Assembly: GCA_963667785.2 (NCBI GenBank)
Contig: CAXXMU010000006.1
Location: forward strand, 1,141,779 to 1,205,778
Length of the DNA: 64,000 nt
Reading direction: 5' to 3'
Origin: Alphaproteobacteria bacterium
Lineage (GTDB): Bacteria; Pseudomonadota; Alphaproteobacteria; UBA828
A program made the position numbers and the translations under genes. Positions 34,701 through 45,238 of the stretch are shown in pieces. The notes below the pieces were generated by a model, which was not told where the DNA came from, did no database searches, and saw nothing but the letters and a program-made list of their open reading frames with translations. Position 1 is the first letter of the stretch. Each line of letters starts with the position of its first letter.

Positions 34701-37700
34701 CTAACTCATATCAATTTGTTGCTGCGTCGGCTGGTAGCGGTCGCGCCGCTGCTCGTCCAGCAGGTCGGCGCGCTGGCGGGCCGCACTGATGTTGCCCGCC
34801 TGCACCAGTTGGATCAGTTCGCGCAGCAGCGCGTTGATATCGCCGCCTGCCGGCTGCAAGTTGCGAAGCTCCGGCGCGCTCTTCACGAAGATTTCCTGCG
34901 AGAGCGAGCGGAACAGCCCCTGCGGCCCCTGAAGCGCGTCGTCAAGCGTCTGTGCTTCCCTCGTCACCTCGGCGAACTGGTCGGCGACCTTGATGAGCCC
35001 GGCGAAGAGCGCCCTGCCGGCCTCGGTGGTCAGGTCGGCACCCTCGACAAGAGCCCGGAACTCCCGGCGCGTGCGGGGCGCTGCAACTTCCAGCTCGAAG
35101 AACGCCTGCGCCAATTCTCGCCGGGTCCGGGCGATGCGCTCGTCCTCGGTGGAGAAGTTCTGATAGTAGCCGGCGAGGCCGGACAAGGCCTGATTCTCGT
35201 CACCGAACATGCCGCTGAGCTGGCGGCCGAGACGCATGAGGTCCTCGCTGAAATACTCCGTACCGAGGGTGATTTCGGCGAAGGCTTCATGCGCGAACCG
35301 TGCCGCCCGGAGGAACCCGTGAATCCGCCGCTCCTCCTGCCGTGCCGCCTCCGCAGCCCGCTCCCGCTGCGCCGCCAGGTCTGCCTCCAGCGCGATGAGC
35401 TGCTCTACCGAGCGCTGGTGTTCAAGCAGCGCCGCCTGCAGGGCTGTGCCTTCGCCTGCCGCCTCGATCTGCCGGCGGAACCCCTCAGCGCCGGACGTAT
35501 CGACACCGGCGCTGACGAGACGGTTCCGAAGCTGGTCGATCCGCTCCGCCCCGCCGAAGAAGGCTTCGCTCGACCGGAAGCTCTGCAGCAGGCTCGCACG
35601 CCGTTCCTTCTCGGCCTCCGCTGCACGCCGCGTCGCCTCGGCCGCTCGCGTGCGTTCGTCGGCAAGGCGCTCCTCGAGCGACGCCAACAGCTCGACCTGA
35701 CCCTGGTGCTCCAGCAGCGCCGCTCGCAGGGCCTCCCCTGCCGCCTCTACCTGCTCCCTGAACTCGGCGAGCGAGCCGGTGGCCACCCCGGTGGAGACCA
35801 GCTCGTTGCGGACCCGATCGGCCCGCTCCTGCAGGCTGAAGAACGCCTCGCTGGACTGGAAGTTCTGCAGCAGGGCCATGCGGCGCTGATCCTCGGCGCG
35901 CGCCGCCTGCTGCGCCGCCTCGGCACCCTGCGCCCGTTCTTCGGCAAGGCGCTTCTCATAATCGGCGAGAGTGCGCGCCGCCGCACTGTTTTCGAGCAGA
36001 GACACGTAGAGCTCGCGGCCTTCGTCGCCAAGCGCCGCCGCCGCTTCCACCGCTCCCCGGAATGTCTCCGCGACGTCGCCGGTCCCTTCGAGAAAGCCGG
36101 ACAACATCTCCTGGAGATTGGACGGCAGGCTGTCGAACAGCGCGCCCATCCGTTCGCCTTCGGAGTGGAAGCGCGAGCGATAAGAATCCTCGAGCTGGCG
36201 GATGCGTTCCTTCTCGGCCTCCGCTGCCTGCGCCGCTGCGCTCGCCGCCGCCGCCCTCTCGGCGGTCAGCCGCGCTTCATAGTCCAGGACAGCGTTGAAC
36301 CCGCCTGCGAGCTGCAGCAGCGCCGTGTAGAGCTCGCGCCCCTTCTCCGTGCTGAGGTCCTGAGCCTCGACCAGGGCGCGGTACTGCGCCGCGGTTTCCG
36401 GCATGGCGGTGTTGAGTTCGGCGAGCGCGTCGGTGATCCGCCGACGCGTGTCGTCCATGCGCTCGGCCTCGGAGTGGAAGGCCGTGTAGTACGTCTGGGC
36501 GGCGGACTGGAAATTGCCGACGCCGCCGAAACGCCCGGCCAGGTCCTCGGCGAGCAACGCACCGCCCACTCCCGTCGCGAACGGCGCGTGCCCCATGCTC
36601 TCGAGCACCGCGTTGACCCCGGTGAGCGCGCCGGCCAGCGTGGTCAGCCGCTCGGCCGCATCGCCGAGAGCAACCTCCAGCTCCGTGCCTTCGAGGGCGA
36701 AGGCCGCCATTTCGTTGCGGATGCCCCCGAGAACCTCCTCGACCTTGGCCTGCCGGGCGGCCTCGTCGAGGCCCTTCACGGAGAACCGGACTTCCGTGGT
36801 GAAGGTGCTGAGCGCGTCCGCCCCCAGCCCCAGCGCGGCCGCGGCGTCGGCGATCTCGGTGCGGATCGTGTCGACGGCCCCCCGTATGGGCGCCGCGTCC
36901 TCATCGGACAGGGTGCGCTCGTCGGTGAACCGGCTCCGCTTCAGACCGAACAGGCTTGATTTCTTGTAGCGATCGAAGGTCTGCACCAGCGTGTCCATCT
37001 CGGAGATGGAGAGGCCGATTTCCGAGTCGATCAGCGTCTTCTTCGACTGGAACACGCCGAGCAGCGCCATCGCGCCGACCACCACGCCGATGGCGGGCAG
37101 CGCCGCGCCGATGGTCGCGCCAAAGCCGCCGCCGGCGAGGCCTGCGTTCGTGCCGATGCTGAAAATGCCGGCACCGGAACCCATCGCCGCGCTGAGTCCG
37201 CCAGACAATCCCGTGCCATACGCCGACGCCGCAGCAGCATTCACGGCACTGAACGTCGCTGCGCTACCGACGCCCATGCCGATCGTCCCGGCCGCGCTGG
37301 TAGCTCCGCCTAGACCAAAGATACCGCCGAGTATGCCACCAGTTCCGGGGCCACTGGCTGACAGCAGGCCACCGGCTCCGAACAAGTCTCCGATGATACC
37401 GCCGCCGCTCGCAAGCTCGCTGATGCTGCTGAGCGTTGACCCGAGGGAACCCAAGCTGAGCAGATTCGCGAGGCCCCCGCCGCTGGCAATGCCGCCCGCG
37501 CCGAGCGCGTTGAGAACGCCGAGACCAAGGCCGACCTTTGGCCTTGAAGCCATCAGGTACATCATCATCAGGTTGCCAAGGTTGAGACCTCCATTGCCGA
37601 GATCGAAACCGCCGCCGAATGTCGGCAGCCCGGCACCGCTGCCCTGTGCCGCCGCCATGGCCCGCGCGTTGAACCAGTTGGCCATCGTGAGATCGCGTCC

Positions 37701-40466
37701 ACCCGACGCCGGAGCCGCGCCATCGCCCCGGAATGACGCGGGCCGGAAGCCGAACTGCGCGCCGGGCGGCGTGAGCCAGCGCGGCTGCATGCGGAAGTAG
37801 TAGTCCCGCATCTGGCGGTCGAGCTCGCGGTCCTGCGCGTCCCGGTCGCTGTAGCCGAAGCGCCCGCGCGCCAGCTCGTCGGCCGCTGTCAGGGGAGAAT
37901 CGCCGGTGCGGAGCCGGTCGGCCGAGCGCCGGCGCAGAATTTCCTCCACGGTGATTTCATCCAGCCGACGCATCACGTCGCGCATGTAATCGTCGGTCGA
38001 GCCGCCGATCTCGCGGGTGATGGCGCCCAGGCCCCGGACGCGCGGCAACACGCCCGGTCCGCGCTGGCGGAGGATGACGCCGAGCTGCCGCCGGGTCTCA
38101 TCCTCGGTCGCGGCCCGGTCCATCAACGCCTGCGGATCGATAATGCTGCCGTTGGCCAAGCCGCGCCGAATGCCCTCAGCGATCATCTCGTCGAGCTCCG
38201 GGAAGCCCGCGTTGTAGCGGTACTGCCTGCCGCCGGGTGCCGCCTGAGGATTCCATGTGCCAGATGCCCCGCCCCAGATCGGCATACCGATCTGCTGCAT
38301 GCCGCCGTGCGGCTCCTGCCACCACGTCGGCGGGTCGCCAGTTGACCGAAAACCCGACCTCTCTCCGCCCCGATCGAGGTAGGTGGGCCGCGGCTCGAAC
38401 CCCGGGACTGTGACGGCGGTCGCCGCGCCTCCGAACAGCAAGGACATGAGCGGCTTGGCCGCGGCCTGGGCGATCATGTCGGCCAAGAGCCGCCTGAAGG
38501 CATCCTTCACCCGGTCCGTGAAACTCTTGAAGTCGTCGAAGCCGCCCGCCACCCAGTCGCCCCAGGCCGTGGCGATGTCGCCGACAAGGGTGTTCATGCG
38601 CCGGAATGCGGGCTCGTTCGCAGCGATCTGCGCGTCGAGCCGCGCCAGCCTCTCGTACTTGGCGATCAGCGTGTCGCGGGCCTTTCCCGTGATCCTGGCC
38701 CGGTCGAGCTCGACCTCGAACAGCTCGCGCTGGATCGCGGCCTCGGCCCGCCTCACCTGCACGCTGTCCCGACCGTAGGCCAGAATCGCCTCGCTCACTG
38801 TGGTTTGGTGCGAGAGAGAACGCGAGATGTTGGCCTCGGCCTCCAGCCGTCGTTGCGCCTCGCGGACAGTCCGCTCGAACTCGCGCTGCATCTTGCGCTC
38901 GGCGGCCTCCTGCGCCCTCTTCTCCTCCGACACCCGCTTTTCCCAACGGGCCCGGTCCTTGGAGAGCTGGAGACCCTCGATTTCCATCTCCAGGGCTGCC
39001 CGCAGTAGCCGGGCGATGTCCTCCGAGAGGTTGCGCCGCTCGATCTCGCCTTCGAGAGCCGCACGCATCGCGTCGTAACGCGCGTGCTCGGCGTCCAGGG
39101 AGTCCTTGCCGTACTTCCCCTCGACCTGGGCCACCTTGGCCCGCTCCTGCATGGTGGCGAGCTGCCTGGCCGCCCACTCGGCGTTCCGCCTGGCCGCGTT
39201 CGCCGCATCGTCTTCGGTCTCGATCGTCCGATCCGCCTGCGCCTGGCGCTCGCGCGCCATCTTGAGCAGGTTCACGTAGATTTCGAGCTGGTCCTCCTCC
39301 TGCGCCGTCACCTCGCCGTCGGCCCTGGCCAGCTTCTGCGTCGTGGCGATCAGCGCCTCCAGGACGTCGACCTGCGCGTCGAGATCGGTGCCGGAACGCG
39401 CGAGCGCCTCGTTGTGCTCGATCCACTCCTGCCGCAGGTCTGCGACCTTGGACTGTGCCTCCTCGGTCCGCCGTGCGTACTCCTCCATCTCCTCGGTGAA
39501 CTGCCGCGCCTGCTCCGGCCGGGGTCCGAAGCCCTGGAATATGTCGGCAGCGTTGATGTCCGGCGGCGCGGTGAACTGTCGCTGTGCCCTCTCCAGCTTG
39601 TCGAACACGGGCCCGAGATTGAACAGGGCATCGGCGCCGCCCTGGACGTCGGTGAAGAAGCCGCTGATGTCGCCCAGCGCCGCCTCGCCGGCGGCCGCGA
39701 TCTGCCGCCCAAGCCTGCGCCCCTCGATCTGGCGGACGATCTCGAGGTACTCGCGCATCCGCTCGGTGCCCGCCCCGAAGCGGTCGGTCATGTCCTCCAT
39801 GCTGAGGGTGGCGTCGTCGGTCGCCGACTTGAGGTCGCCCAGCGCGCCCTCGGCATCCTCGAGCACGTCGGCAAGCGAGCGGGTCTCGCCCCCCGCGGTG
39901 ATGGCCCCGAACACCCACTGCCCGAACGCGGCACCGCCCGCGATCAAGCCGACGGTCACCAGGCTCAACGGGGAGATGATGGAGGTGAAGGCGCTTACCA
40001 GCGTCTGACGCAGCGGGGCGCCAGTGGCTCGCATCTGCGTCAGGACCTGGTTGACCTGAGTGCCCTGCTGCACCGCCAGCAGAAACGGTGACTGGCCGCT
40101 CGCCATCATCACGCCGATATCGTTGAACTGAGCCGCCAGATTGGCCGTCGCGAAGCCGGCGGTGGAGCTGGTCCGCGTGTAGGCCTGACCATGCGCGTTG
40201 GTGCGCCTCATGGCCGCGCCATAGCTGCTCAGCGAGCCGGTCGCCGCCCGCGCCTGGGCGACCATGTTCTGGGTGGCGGAGCCTGCTTGCCTCACCCCGC
40301 CCGCCATGCTCCGCGCGCCGGCGCCCGCACGCTGGGTGCCGCTGGCGACACCCTCGACGGCCGCGTCCGCGCGCTGGCCCGCCCGCGCCGTCTCGTCCAG
40401 CGCGGTTTCCAGCCTCTGGAAATCGGACGTATCCAGGCGGGCGGATACTGTGTGGACGTCGGTCAT
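34701..40466 (-). CDS. tail tape measure protein (1921 aa)
   Basis: TANLAAQFNDIGVMMASGQSPFLLAVQQGTQ motif; Ala/Gly-rich helical; follows the chaperone genes. Confidence 0.9.
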   Translation of the reverse strand: MTDVHTVSARLDTSDFQRLETALDETARAGQRADAAVEGVASGTQRAGAGARSMAGGVRQAGSATQNMVAQARAATGSLSSYGAAMRRTNAHGQAYTRTSSTAGFATANLAAQFNDIGVMMASGQSPFLLAVQQGTQVNQVLTQMRATGAPLRQTLVSAFTSIISPLSLVTVGLIAGGAAFGQWVFGAITAGGETRSLADVLEDAEGALGDLKSATDDATLSMEDMTDRFGAGTERMREYLEIVRQIEGRRLGRQIAAAGEAALGDISGFFTDVQGGADALFNLGPVFDKLERAQRQFTAPPDINAADIFQGFGPRPEQARQFTEEMEEYARRTEEAQSKVADLRQEWIEHNEALARSGTDLDAQVDVLEALIATTQKLARADGEVTAQEEDQLEIYVNLLKMARERQAQADRTIETEDDAANAARRNAEWAARQLATMQERAKVAQVEGKYGKDSLDAEHARYDAMRAALEGEIERRNLSEDIARLLRAALEMEIEGLQLSKDRARWEKRVSEEKRAQEAAERKMQREFERTVREAQRRLEAEANISRSLSHQTTVSEAILAYGRDSVQVRRAEAAIQRELFEVELDRARITGKARDTLIAKYERLARLDAQIAANEPAFRRMNTLVGDIATAWGDWVAGGFDDFKSFTDRVKDAFRRLLADMIAQAAAKPLMSLLFGGAATAVTVPGFEPRPTYLDRGGERSGFRSTGDPPTWWQEPHGGMQQIGMPIWGGASGTWNPQAAPGGRQYRYNAGFPELDEMIAEGIRRGLANGSIIDPQALMDRAATEDETRRQLGVILRQRGPGVLPRVRGLGAITREIGGSTDDYMRDVMRRLDEITVEEILRRRSADRLRTGDSPLTAADELARGRFGYSDRDAQDRELDRQMRDYYFRMQPRWLTPPGAQFGFRPASFRGDGAAPASGGRDLTMANWFNARAMAAAQGSGAGLPTFGGGFDLGNGGLNLGNLMMMYLMASRPKVGLGLGVLNALGAGGIASGGGLANLLSLGSLGSTLSSISELASGGGIIGDLFGAGGLLSASGPGTGGILGGIFGLGGATSAAGTIGMGVGSAATFSAVNAAAASAYGTGLSGGLSAAMGSGAGIFSIGTNAGLAGGGFGATIGAALPAIGVVVGAMALLGVFQSKKTLIDSEIGLSISEMDTLVQTFDRYKKSSLFGLKRSRFTDERTLSDEDAAPIRGAVDTIRTEIADAAAALGLGADALSTFTTEVRFSVKGLDEAARQAKVEEVLGGIRNEMAAFALEGTELEVALGDAAERLTTLAGALTGVNAVLESMGHAPFATGVGGALLAEDLAGRFGGVGNFQSAAQTYYTAFHSEAERMDDTRRRITDALAELNTAMPETAAQYRALVEAQDLSTEKGRELYTALLQLAGGFNAVLDYEARLTAERAAAASAAAQAAEAEKERIRQLEDSYRSRFHSEGERMGALFDSLPSNLQEMLSGFLEGTGDVAETFRGAVEAAAALGDEGRELYVSLLENSAAARTLADYEKRLAEERAQGAEAAQQAARAEDQRRMALLQNFQSSEAFFSLQERADRVRNELVSTGVATGSLAEFREQVEAAGEALRAALLEHQGQVELLASLEERLADERTRAAEATRRAAEAEKERRASLLQSFRSSEAFFGGAERIDQLRNRLVSAGVDTSGAEGFRRQIEAAGEGTALQAALLEHQRSVEQLIALEADLAAQRERAAEAARQEERRIHGFLRAARFAHEAFAEITLGTEYFSEDLMRLGRQLSGMFGDENQALSGLAGYYQNFSTEDERIARTRRELAQAFFELEVAAPRTRREFRALVEGADLTTEAGRALFAGLIKVADQFAEVTREAQTLDDALQGPQGLFRSLSQEIFVKSAPELRNLQPAGGDINALLRELIQLVQAGNISAARQRADLLDEQRRDRYQPTQQQIDMS

Positions 40467-40471
40467 GGCGG

Positions 40472-40900
40472 CTACTCGCCGTTCAGCCGCCGCGCGTTTT
40501 CATCCAGGATGGCCGGCCACGTTTCGACGGCGCCGCGCACGAAGAAGCGCGGGGGCACGCTGCCGTGCCCGTACTCGACCGCCCCCGAATGCTCGGCGGT
40601 CCACGTGGCCGTCACCACATCCCCGAGCTCCGTGTCGGCGACGGTCGCCTCGTTGGGCGTCCCTCGGGCGCTCATCTTCTGCTCTCGCGTCAGCCCGGCT
40701 CCCGTCGGCGGCGGGATCGTGCCGTCGTAGGTCATCACCAGGCTGTTCTTGAGAAACCCGGTATCGACGGGGCAGTTGGCCTGCGCCTTCTCCACCAGAT
40801 CCTGAGCAGACTGGCGGGTCAACGCCGTCAGCTTCTCGCGGGTCCGGTCGCCGACGGCGCGCACCATGTCCTCGAACGACAGATGATAGAAGTTCGCCAT
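40472..40900 (-). CDS. HK97 gp10-like tail completion protein
   Basis: CPVDTGFLKNS and VEYG...PRFFVR. Confidence 0.75.
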   Translation of the reverse strand: MANFYHLSFEDMVRAVGDRTREKLTALTRQSAQDLVEKAQANCPVDTGFLKNSLVMTYDGTIPPPTGAGLTREQKMSARGTPNEATVADTELGDVVTATWTAEHSGAVEYGHGSVPPRFFVRGAVETWPAILDENARRLNGE

Positions 40901-41334
40901 CACCCGGCTCTCTTCAGCGCGCGCAGGCCGGAGCGCAGAGTGTCGGCGACGCTCTCCTGGCGCTTCTCCTCGCCCTCGTCGTCCGTCCACGGCGACGGGC
41001 TGCCCGTGGTGCGCGAGGCCTCGTTGTATTCGCCAACGTAGGCCCGGCTCATGAGGACCAGCGCCTCAGCCTGCCAGGAGGCGAGCTGCGTGGCGGTCAG
41101 CTCCGTCCACGCGCGCATCTCGGACCATGAGATCGGCGCAAGGCCGAAGCCGGTGCCGGCGGCGGGACCCACGGTGTACAGCAGGGTCGTCACCCACTCG
41201 TCGCCCTCGTCGAGGAGAGGCGGAAACTGCAGCTCCGGGTTCATCTCCCGGTTGGTACGGCTCCCCTCCTCCGGCGTCGCGTCCGCCCATCCCGCTTGCC
41301 GCGCCCACTGCGTGAGCGCCTTCAGGCGTTTCCC
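40900..41334 (-). CDS. tail assembly chaperone -1 frameshift extension (G-T type)
   Basis: The -1 frame after slippery G GGA AAC is open into ORF 40900..41244 (PISWSEMRAW). Confidence 0.65.
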   Translation of the reverse strand, partial: GKRLKALTQWARQAGWADATPEEGSRTNREMNPELQFPPLLDEGDEWVTTLLYTVGPAAGTGFGLAPISWSEMRAWTELTATQLASWQAEALVLMSRAYVGEYNEASRTTGSPSPWTDDEGEEKRQESVADTLRSGLRALKRAG

Positions 41335-41762
41335 ACGAAGTTCGCCCGGTCGCCGAAGAAGTCGATGACCTGCTCGCGGATCCAGCGGTGCTCGGTGTAG
41401 AGCTTGATAGCGTTCTCATGGGAGTGCGGGAACTCTGCGCCCTCCCATTCGATGTGTTCCCATCCGAGGGTAATGGCGGCGAGTTCCTCCGCCTGCATGC
41501 CCTCGTTCTCGCCGGCCGCCTCGAGTAGCTGGTTGGCGGTGACGCGGCCCTTCTTCGGCGGCAGCGTTTTCTTCGATCGCATGGCGACGGTACGGGCGAC
41601 CGCCTCCTCGTACGCCATCGAGTCCGCGCCGCGGACCCGGATGCGGCAAGGCTTCTCCTCGGCGACGCCGAGCTCCTCGCCGGTGATCGGATCGACAAGC
41701 TGCAGCCACGCCCCCTTCTCGGCGGCGGCGCGCAGATCGAAACCCCTTGAGAAATCCACCAT
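41322..41762 (-). CDS. tail assembly chaperone
   Basis: WLQLVDPITGE, IRVRGADS and WIREQV...DRANF; follows the tail tube genes. Confidence 0.75.
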   Translation of the reverse strand: MVDFSRGFDLRAAAEKGAWLQLVDPITGEELGVAEEKPCRIRVRGADSMAYEEAVARTVAMRSKKTLPPKKGRVTANQLLEAAGENEGMQAEELAAITLGWEHIEWEGAEFPHSHENAIKLYTEHRWIREQVIDFFGDRANFVGNA

Positions 41763-41882
41763 CGTCGGTTCTTCCTTTCTTCATCGCGAAGCCGGGGCGG
41801 CACCGGGGCGCGCCATCACGGCATTGCGCCAGAATCGCCGCTGCCCCGTGCCCCTCCGCAGGGCAGCGGCGGGTGTCCGGGC

Positions 41883-42341
41883 TTAGGTGCCCTCGATGAT
41901 GTCCAGATGGTCGATCTCGAGCGAGCACCTGAGCATGATCGCATCGTCCGGGCCGCCCACGACGCGCTTGAGCGAAGCGACCAGGGCCTGGAAGTAGAAC
42001 TCCTCGCCGGCGGCACCGGTGCCCGGCAGGCCGACCTTGAATGCGTACTTCGCGGTCGAGACGGCAGCCGCTTCGAGGAGCGTCTGACCGGCATCGGCGC
42101 TGTCGAACAGCAGATCGACCGCGACGGTGCCGTTGTCGTAGCTCCCCTTGAACTTGCGGGTCGCGCCGCTCGCCAGGTTGTTGACCCGGACCGTGTTGTA
42201 CTCACGGCCGAACTCGCCGACCGACGTCACCTCGCCGCAGTCGGTGAACGTGAGGGCCTCGTACTTGGTTTCGTCGGGGGTGCCGGTCACGAGCGTCGCC
42301 GAGACCCCGAAGGTGGTGGTGAGTGCGCCTTTGATGGCCAT
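41883..42341 (-). CDS. major tail tube protein
   Basis: GEVTSVGEFGREYN, TRKFKGSYDNG and FYFQALV. Confidence 0.8.
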   Translation of the reverse strand: MAIKGALTTTFGVSATLVTGTPDETKYEALTFTDCGEVTSVGEFGREYNTVRVNNLASGATRKFKGSYDNGTVAVDLLFDSADAGQTLLEAAAVSTAKYAFKVGLPGTGAAGEEFYFQALVASLKRVVGGPDDAIMLRCSLEIDHLDIIEGT

Positions 42342-42362
42342 GGTGCGGTTCCTCCTTCCAGG

Positions 42363-43097
42363 CTACGGCTGCGGCGTGCCTTCGATGATGCTGTGGTGGT
42401 CGAGCTCGATCGAACACCTGACCATCACGGCGTCGTCGGGGCCGCCGACGATCCGTTTGAGCGAGGCGACCAGACCCTCGAAGTAGAACTCCTCGGCGGC
42501 CGGCGCGGGCAGTTGCACGTGAAACGCGTAGGTGGCCGTGCTGTCGGCGGCCGCCTCCAGAACTGTCTGCCCCACGTCTTCGCTGTCGAACAGCAGGTCG
42601 GCCTGAATCGTGCCCTGGTCGAAGCTCCCCTTGAACTTGCGGGTCGCCCCCGAGGCGAGGTTGTTCACGCGGACCGTGTTGTACTCGCGCCCGAACTCGC
42701 CGATCGACGCAGCCTCGCCGCAGGGCTTGAAGTTGTTCACCTTCACCCGCGCGACGCCGAGGGTGCCACCCAGGGCCACCTTGGTCGCCCCAGTTCCCTT
42801 GACGGCCTCATCGCGCGAGGTGGCGAAGGCGATCTTGTTGCTCCCGAGCAGGACCAGATATCGGTCGGTGTCGACCGCCAGCCCGGTGAGACTGCCCACA
42901 GCAGAGAGTGAAACGATCTCGCCGGGGATCAGGGTGGCGTAGTCGGCCGCGGGAATGGTCAGCGAGTCCTCGGCGTCGGTGAAGGCCGTCGGCACGATGA
43001 TCCGCGTCTTCAGCGCGTCGTAGCCGGCTTCATCCCTCGTCGCCGGCTTGGACGCCGAGATCGCGAAGGTAGTCGTGAGTGCGCCTTTGATGGCCAT
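42363..43097 (-). CDS. tail tube protein paralog with about 90-aa insertion
   Basis: Same N- and C-terminal motifs as 41883..42341 plus insert PAADYATLIPGEIV...LLGSNKIAFATS. Confidence 0.8.
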   Translation of the reverse strand: MAIKGALTTTFAISASKPATRDEAGYDALKTRIIVPTAFTDAEDSLTIPAADYATLIPGEIVSLSAVGSLTGLAVDTDRYLVLLGSNKIAFATSRDEAVKGTGATKVALGGTLGVARVKVNNFKPCGEAASIGEFGREYNTVRVNNLASGATRKFKGSFDQGTIQADLLFDSEDVGQTVLEAAADSTATYAFHVQLPAPAAEEFYFEGLVASLKRIVGGPDDAVMVRCSIELDHHSIIEGTPQP

Positions 43098-43101
43098 TGG
43101 A

Positions 43102-43320
43102 TCAGTCCTCCACCGGCGTCAGGCCCTTATCGAAGACGGCCATTTGCTCGCCCTTCACCATGTCGTGCCGGGTCGGCGTCCCCCTGAAGGTGAGGCCGTT
43201 GATGGTGAATGTGACTGGCTTGCCCACGGCGGGCAGGGGGCTGGCAATGATGCCAGGCTTCCCGTCCCTGCCGTTGGCGAGGCGGGTAGCTTTGACGAGT
43301 CTGGCGGAGCGGGTGGCCAT
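43102..43320 (-). CDS. hypothetical protein
   Basis: AAGGAG RBS; first gene after the conserved leader. Confidence 0.55.
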   Translation of the reverse strand: MATRSARLVKATRLANGRDGKPGIIASPLPAVGKPVTFTINGLTFRGTPTRHDMVKGEQMAVFDKGLTPVED

Positions 43321-43342
43321 ACGGGGCTCCTTCTTTCGTCAG

Positions 43343-43429
43343 AGCCATCGTCGGCCGGTCGGTGCCGCATCGCGCGGCGATTCCGTGAGTCGCGCGGGAC
43401 GCTAGAGCCGCTCCGGAATCCTTGTCAAG
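43343..43429 (-). promoter_or_regulatory. promoter TTGACA-N18-TAGCGT plus conserved leader (copy 2)
   Basis: Near-identical to 14173-14257. Confidence 0.7.
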
Positions 43430-43662
43430 CGCTATGGCCGAACGGTAGTGCCTCAGTTTGAAATCTGAGGGTTGATAGCAGTCTTCTACGAAGGCGCCGG
43501 TGCGCCCCCTAGCTGAATGCTCGTTTTCCCCGCAATTCGCGGATTCGTTCCCCAAGTCCTACCGTGATCCACATGCCCCCCTTCCTCCCAGCCTCTGTCA
43601 GACACCCTATGACGTACGATATTGTTCCTCCCTGATCCGCACCGTGAAGAGGAGAGCGAATC

Positions 43663-43950
43663 ATGGGAATCGCTCCAGGGAGCGAAATCGAGGTCCCGTG
43701 CGATGTCACGCAGGGTGCCTTCAAGAATGAGCGTCTGGTGACGATCAAGACGGCGATCGGACCGATCACCGGGTTCATCGACAACCACTTGGTGAAAATT
43801 GACGACGACAACGCACACAGAGGCGTGATTAGGGGCACTGTCCGAGAGGTGAGAGCCGACGGACTTGTTTCGGTAGTCTTTTCTGGATCGTTCCTGAACA
43901 CTAATGGCCTTGCTCAGTTCGCCAGGGACGACCTGAGAGAAGCATCATGA
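43663..43950 (+). CDS. hypothetical passenger protein
   Basis: GAGGAG RBS; ATGA coupling to dcd. Confidence 0.6.
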   Translation: MGIAPGSEIEVPCDVTQGAFKNERLVTIKTAIGPITGFIDNHLVKIDDDNAHRGVIRGTVREVRADGLVSVVFSGSFLNTNGLAQFARDDLREAS

Positions 43951-44287
43951 TTCTGAGTCGCGAGGGCATTGAGAAAGAGGTTGCTGATGGACGGATCAAA
44001 TTCGATCCTCCCCTAGAAGACAAACAATGGGGGCCAGCCTCGGTCGATCTCAGGCTTGGACATGAATTCACTTGGTTCAAGAATCTACCAGGACTGACGG
44101 TATCACTTGCTGAAGGTATCCAGGCGCTTGGTGGTCTCGAGCTTTGGGACCGGACAGAGGTGAACGGTAATGGCAGGCCTGGTGGTTCGCCAGGGTTTGA
44201 TATTGGGGATTATAGACAATAGTCCCAATTTCTGCTTGACCTCGCTGCGACTCGGGCGCACAATAGTCCCAATTGATGGAGGGCGGC

Positions 44288-45235
44288 ATGGCGAAGAGAG
44301 CACCGGGAAAGAGCCATCGCGAGGGCATCAGCTTGGCCAAGCTGATGCGGATGTTCCCGGACAACGAGGCGTCCCAGGCTTGGTTGGAGAAGCATATCTG
44401 GCCTGACGGACCACACTGCCCCCATTGTGGATCGACCAACGTCCAGTGTGGCATCAAGCACAACACGATGACGCATCGCTGCCGGGACTGCCCGAACCGG
44501 CCGCAGTTCAGCCTCAAGACGGGCACCGTCATGCAGGGATCGAACCTCGGCTACCAGACTTGGGCCATCGCCATCTATCTCGTGACGACGAACCTGAAGG
44601 GCGTCGCCGCGATGAAGCTGCATCGCGACTTGGAGATTTCCTACAAGTCGGCGTGGCATCTGGCACACCGTCTCCGCAAGGCATTCGAGGATGACGGCAA
44701 CCCGCTGTTCACTGGCCCCGTGGAGGCCGACGAGACGTATATCGGCGGGAAGCGCAAGAACATGCCCAAGAGCAAGCGCGCGAAGCTGACGGGGCGCGGA
44801 GCGGTCGGAAAGGCCATCGTCATGGGCACCAAGGACCGCGACACCAACCGGATCGCCGCACGCGCCATCGAGAGCACCGACGGTGCGACGCTCAAGGGCT
44901 TCATCGCCGAGCACGCCGCGCCGGGCGCAACGGTCTACACCGACGACCACGGCGGCTACGAGGGAATGGACTTCGACCACGAGGCGGTGAACCACAGCGC
45001 CGGCGAATATGTCCGCGGGATGGCCCATACGCAGGGGATCGAATCCTTCTGGGCCATGCTCAAGCGGGGGTATCAGGGCACCTTCCATCACTTCAGCGAA
45101 AAGCACTTGGACCGCTATGTGTCGGAGTTCGCAGGCCGGCACAACATTCGGGAGAAGGACACCGCGGACCAGATGGGGCACCTCGCCAAGGAAATGGTGG
45201 GGAAGCGCCTGCGGTATCGCGATCTGATCCGGTAG
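44288..45235 (+). CDS. IS1595-family (ISXO2-like) transposase
   Basis: Zn ribbon CPHCG..CRDC; VEADETYIGG, VYTDD, HTQGIESFW and YVSEF motifs. Confidence 0.92.
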   Translation: MAKRAPGKSHREGISLAKLMRMFPDNEASQAWLEKHIWPDGPHCPHCGSTNVQCGIKHNTMTHRCRDCPNRPQFSLKTGTVMQGSNLGYQTWAIAIYLVTTNLKGVAAMKLHRDLEISYKSAWHLAHRLRKAFEDDGNPLFTGPVEADETYIGGKRKNMPKSKRAKLTGRGAVGKAIVMGTKDRDTNRIAARAIESTDGATLKGFIAEHAAPGATVYTDDHGGYEGMDFDHEAVNHSAGEYVRGMAHTQGIESFWAMLKRGYQGTFHHFSEKHLDRYVSEFAGRHNIREKDTADQMGHLAKEMVGKRLRYRDLIR

Positions 45236-45238
45236 GGG

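Noticed and set aside
32451-36959. Plus-strand ORFs including V/L/R-rich repeats
   Set aside because: Mirror translations of the S/T/R repeat gene and the TMP.
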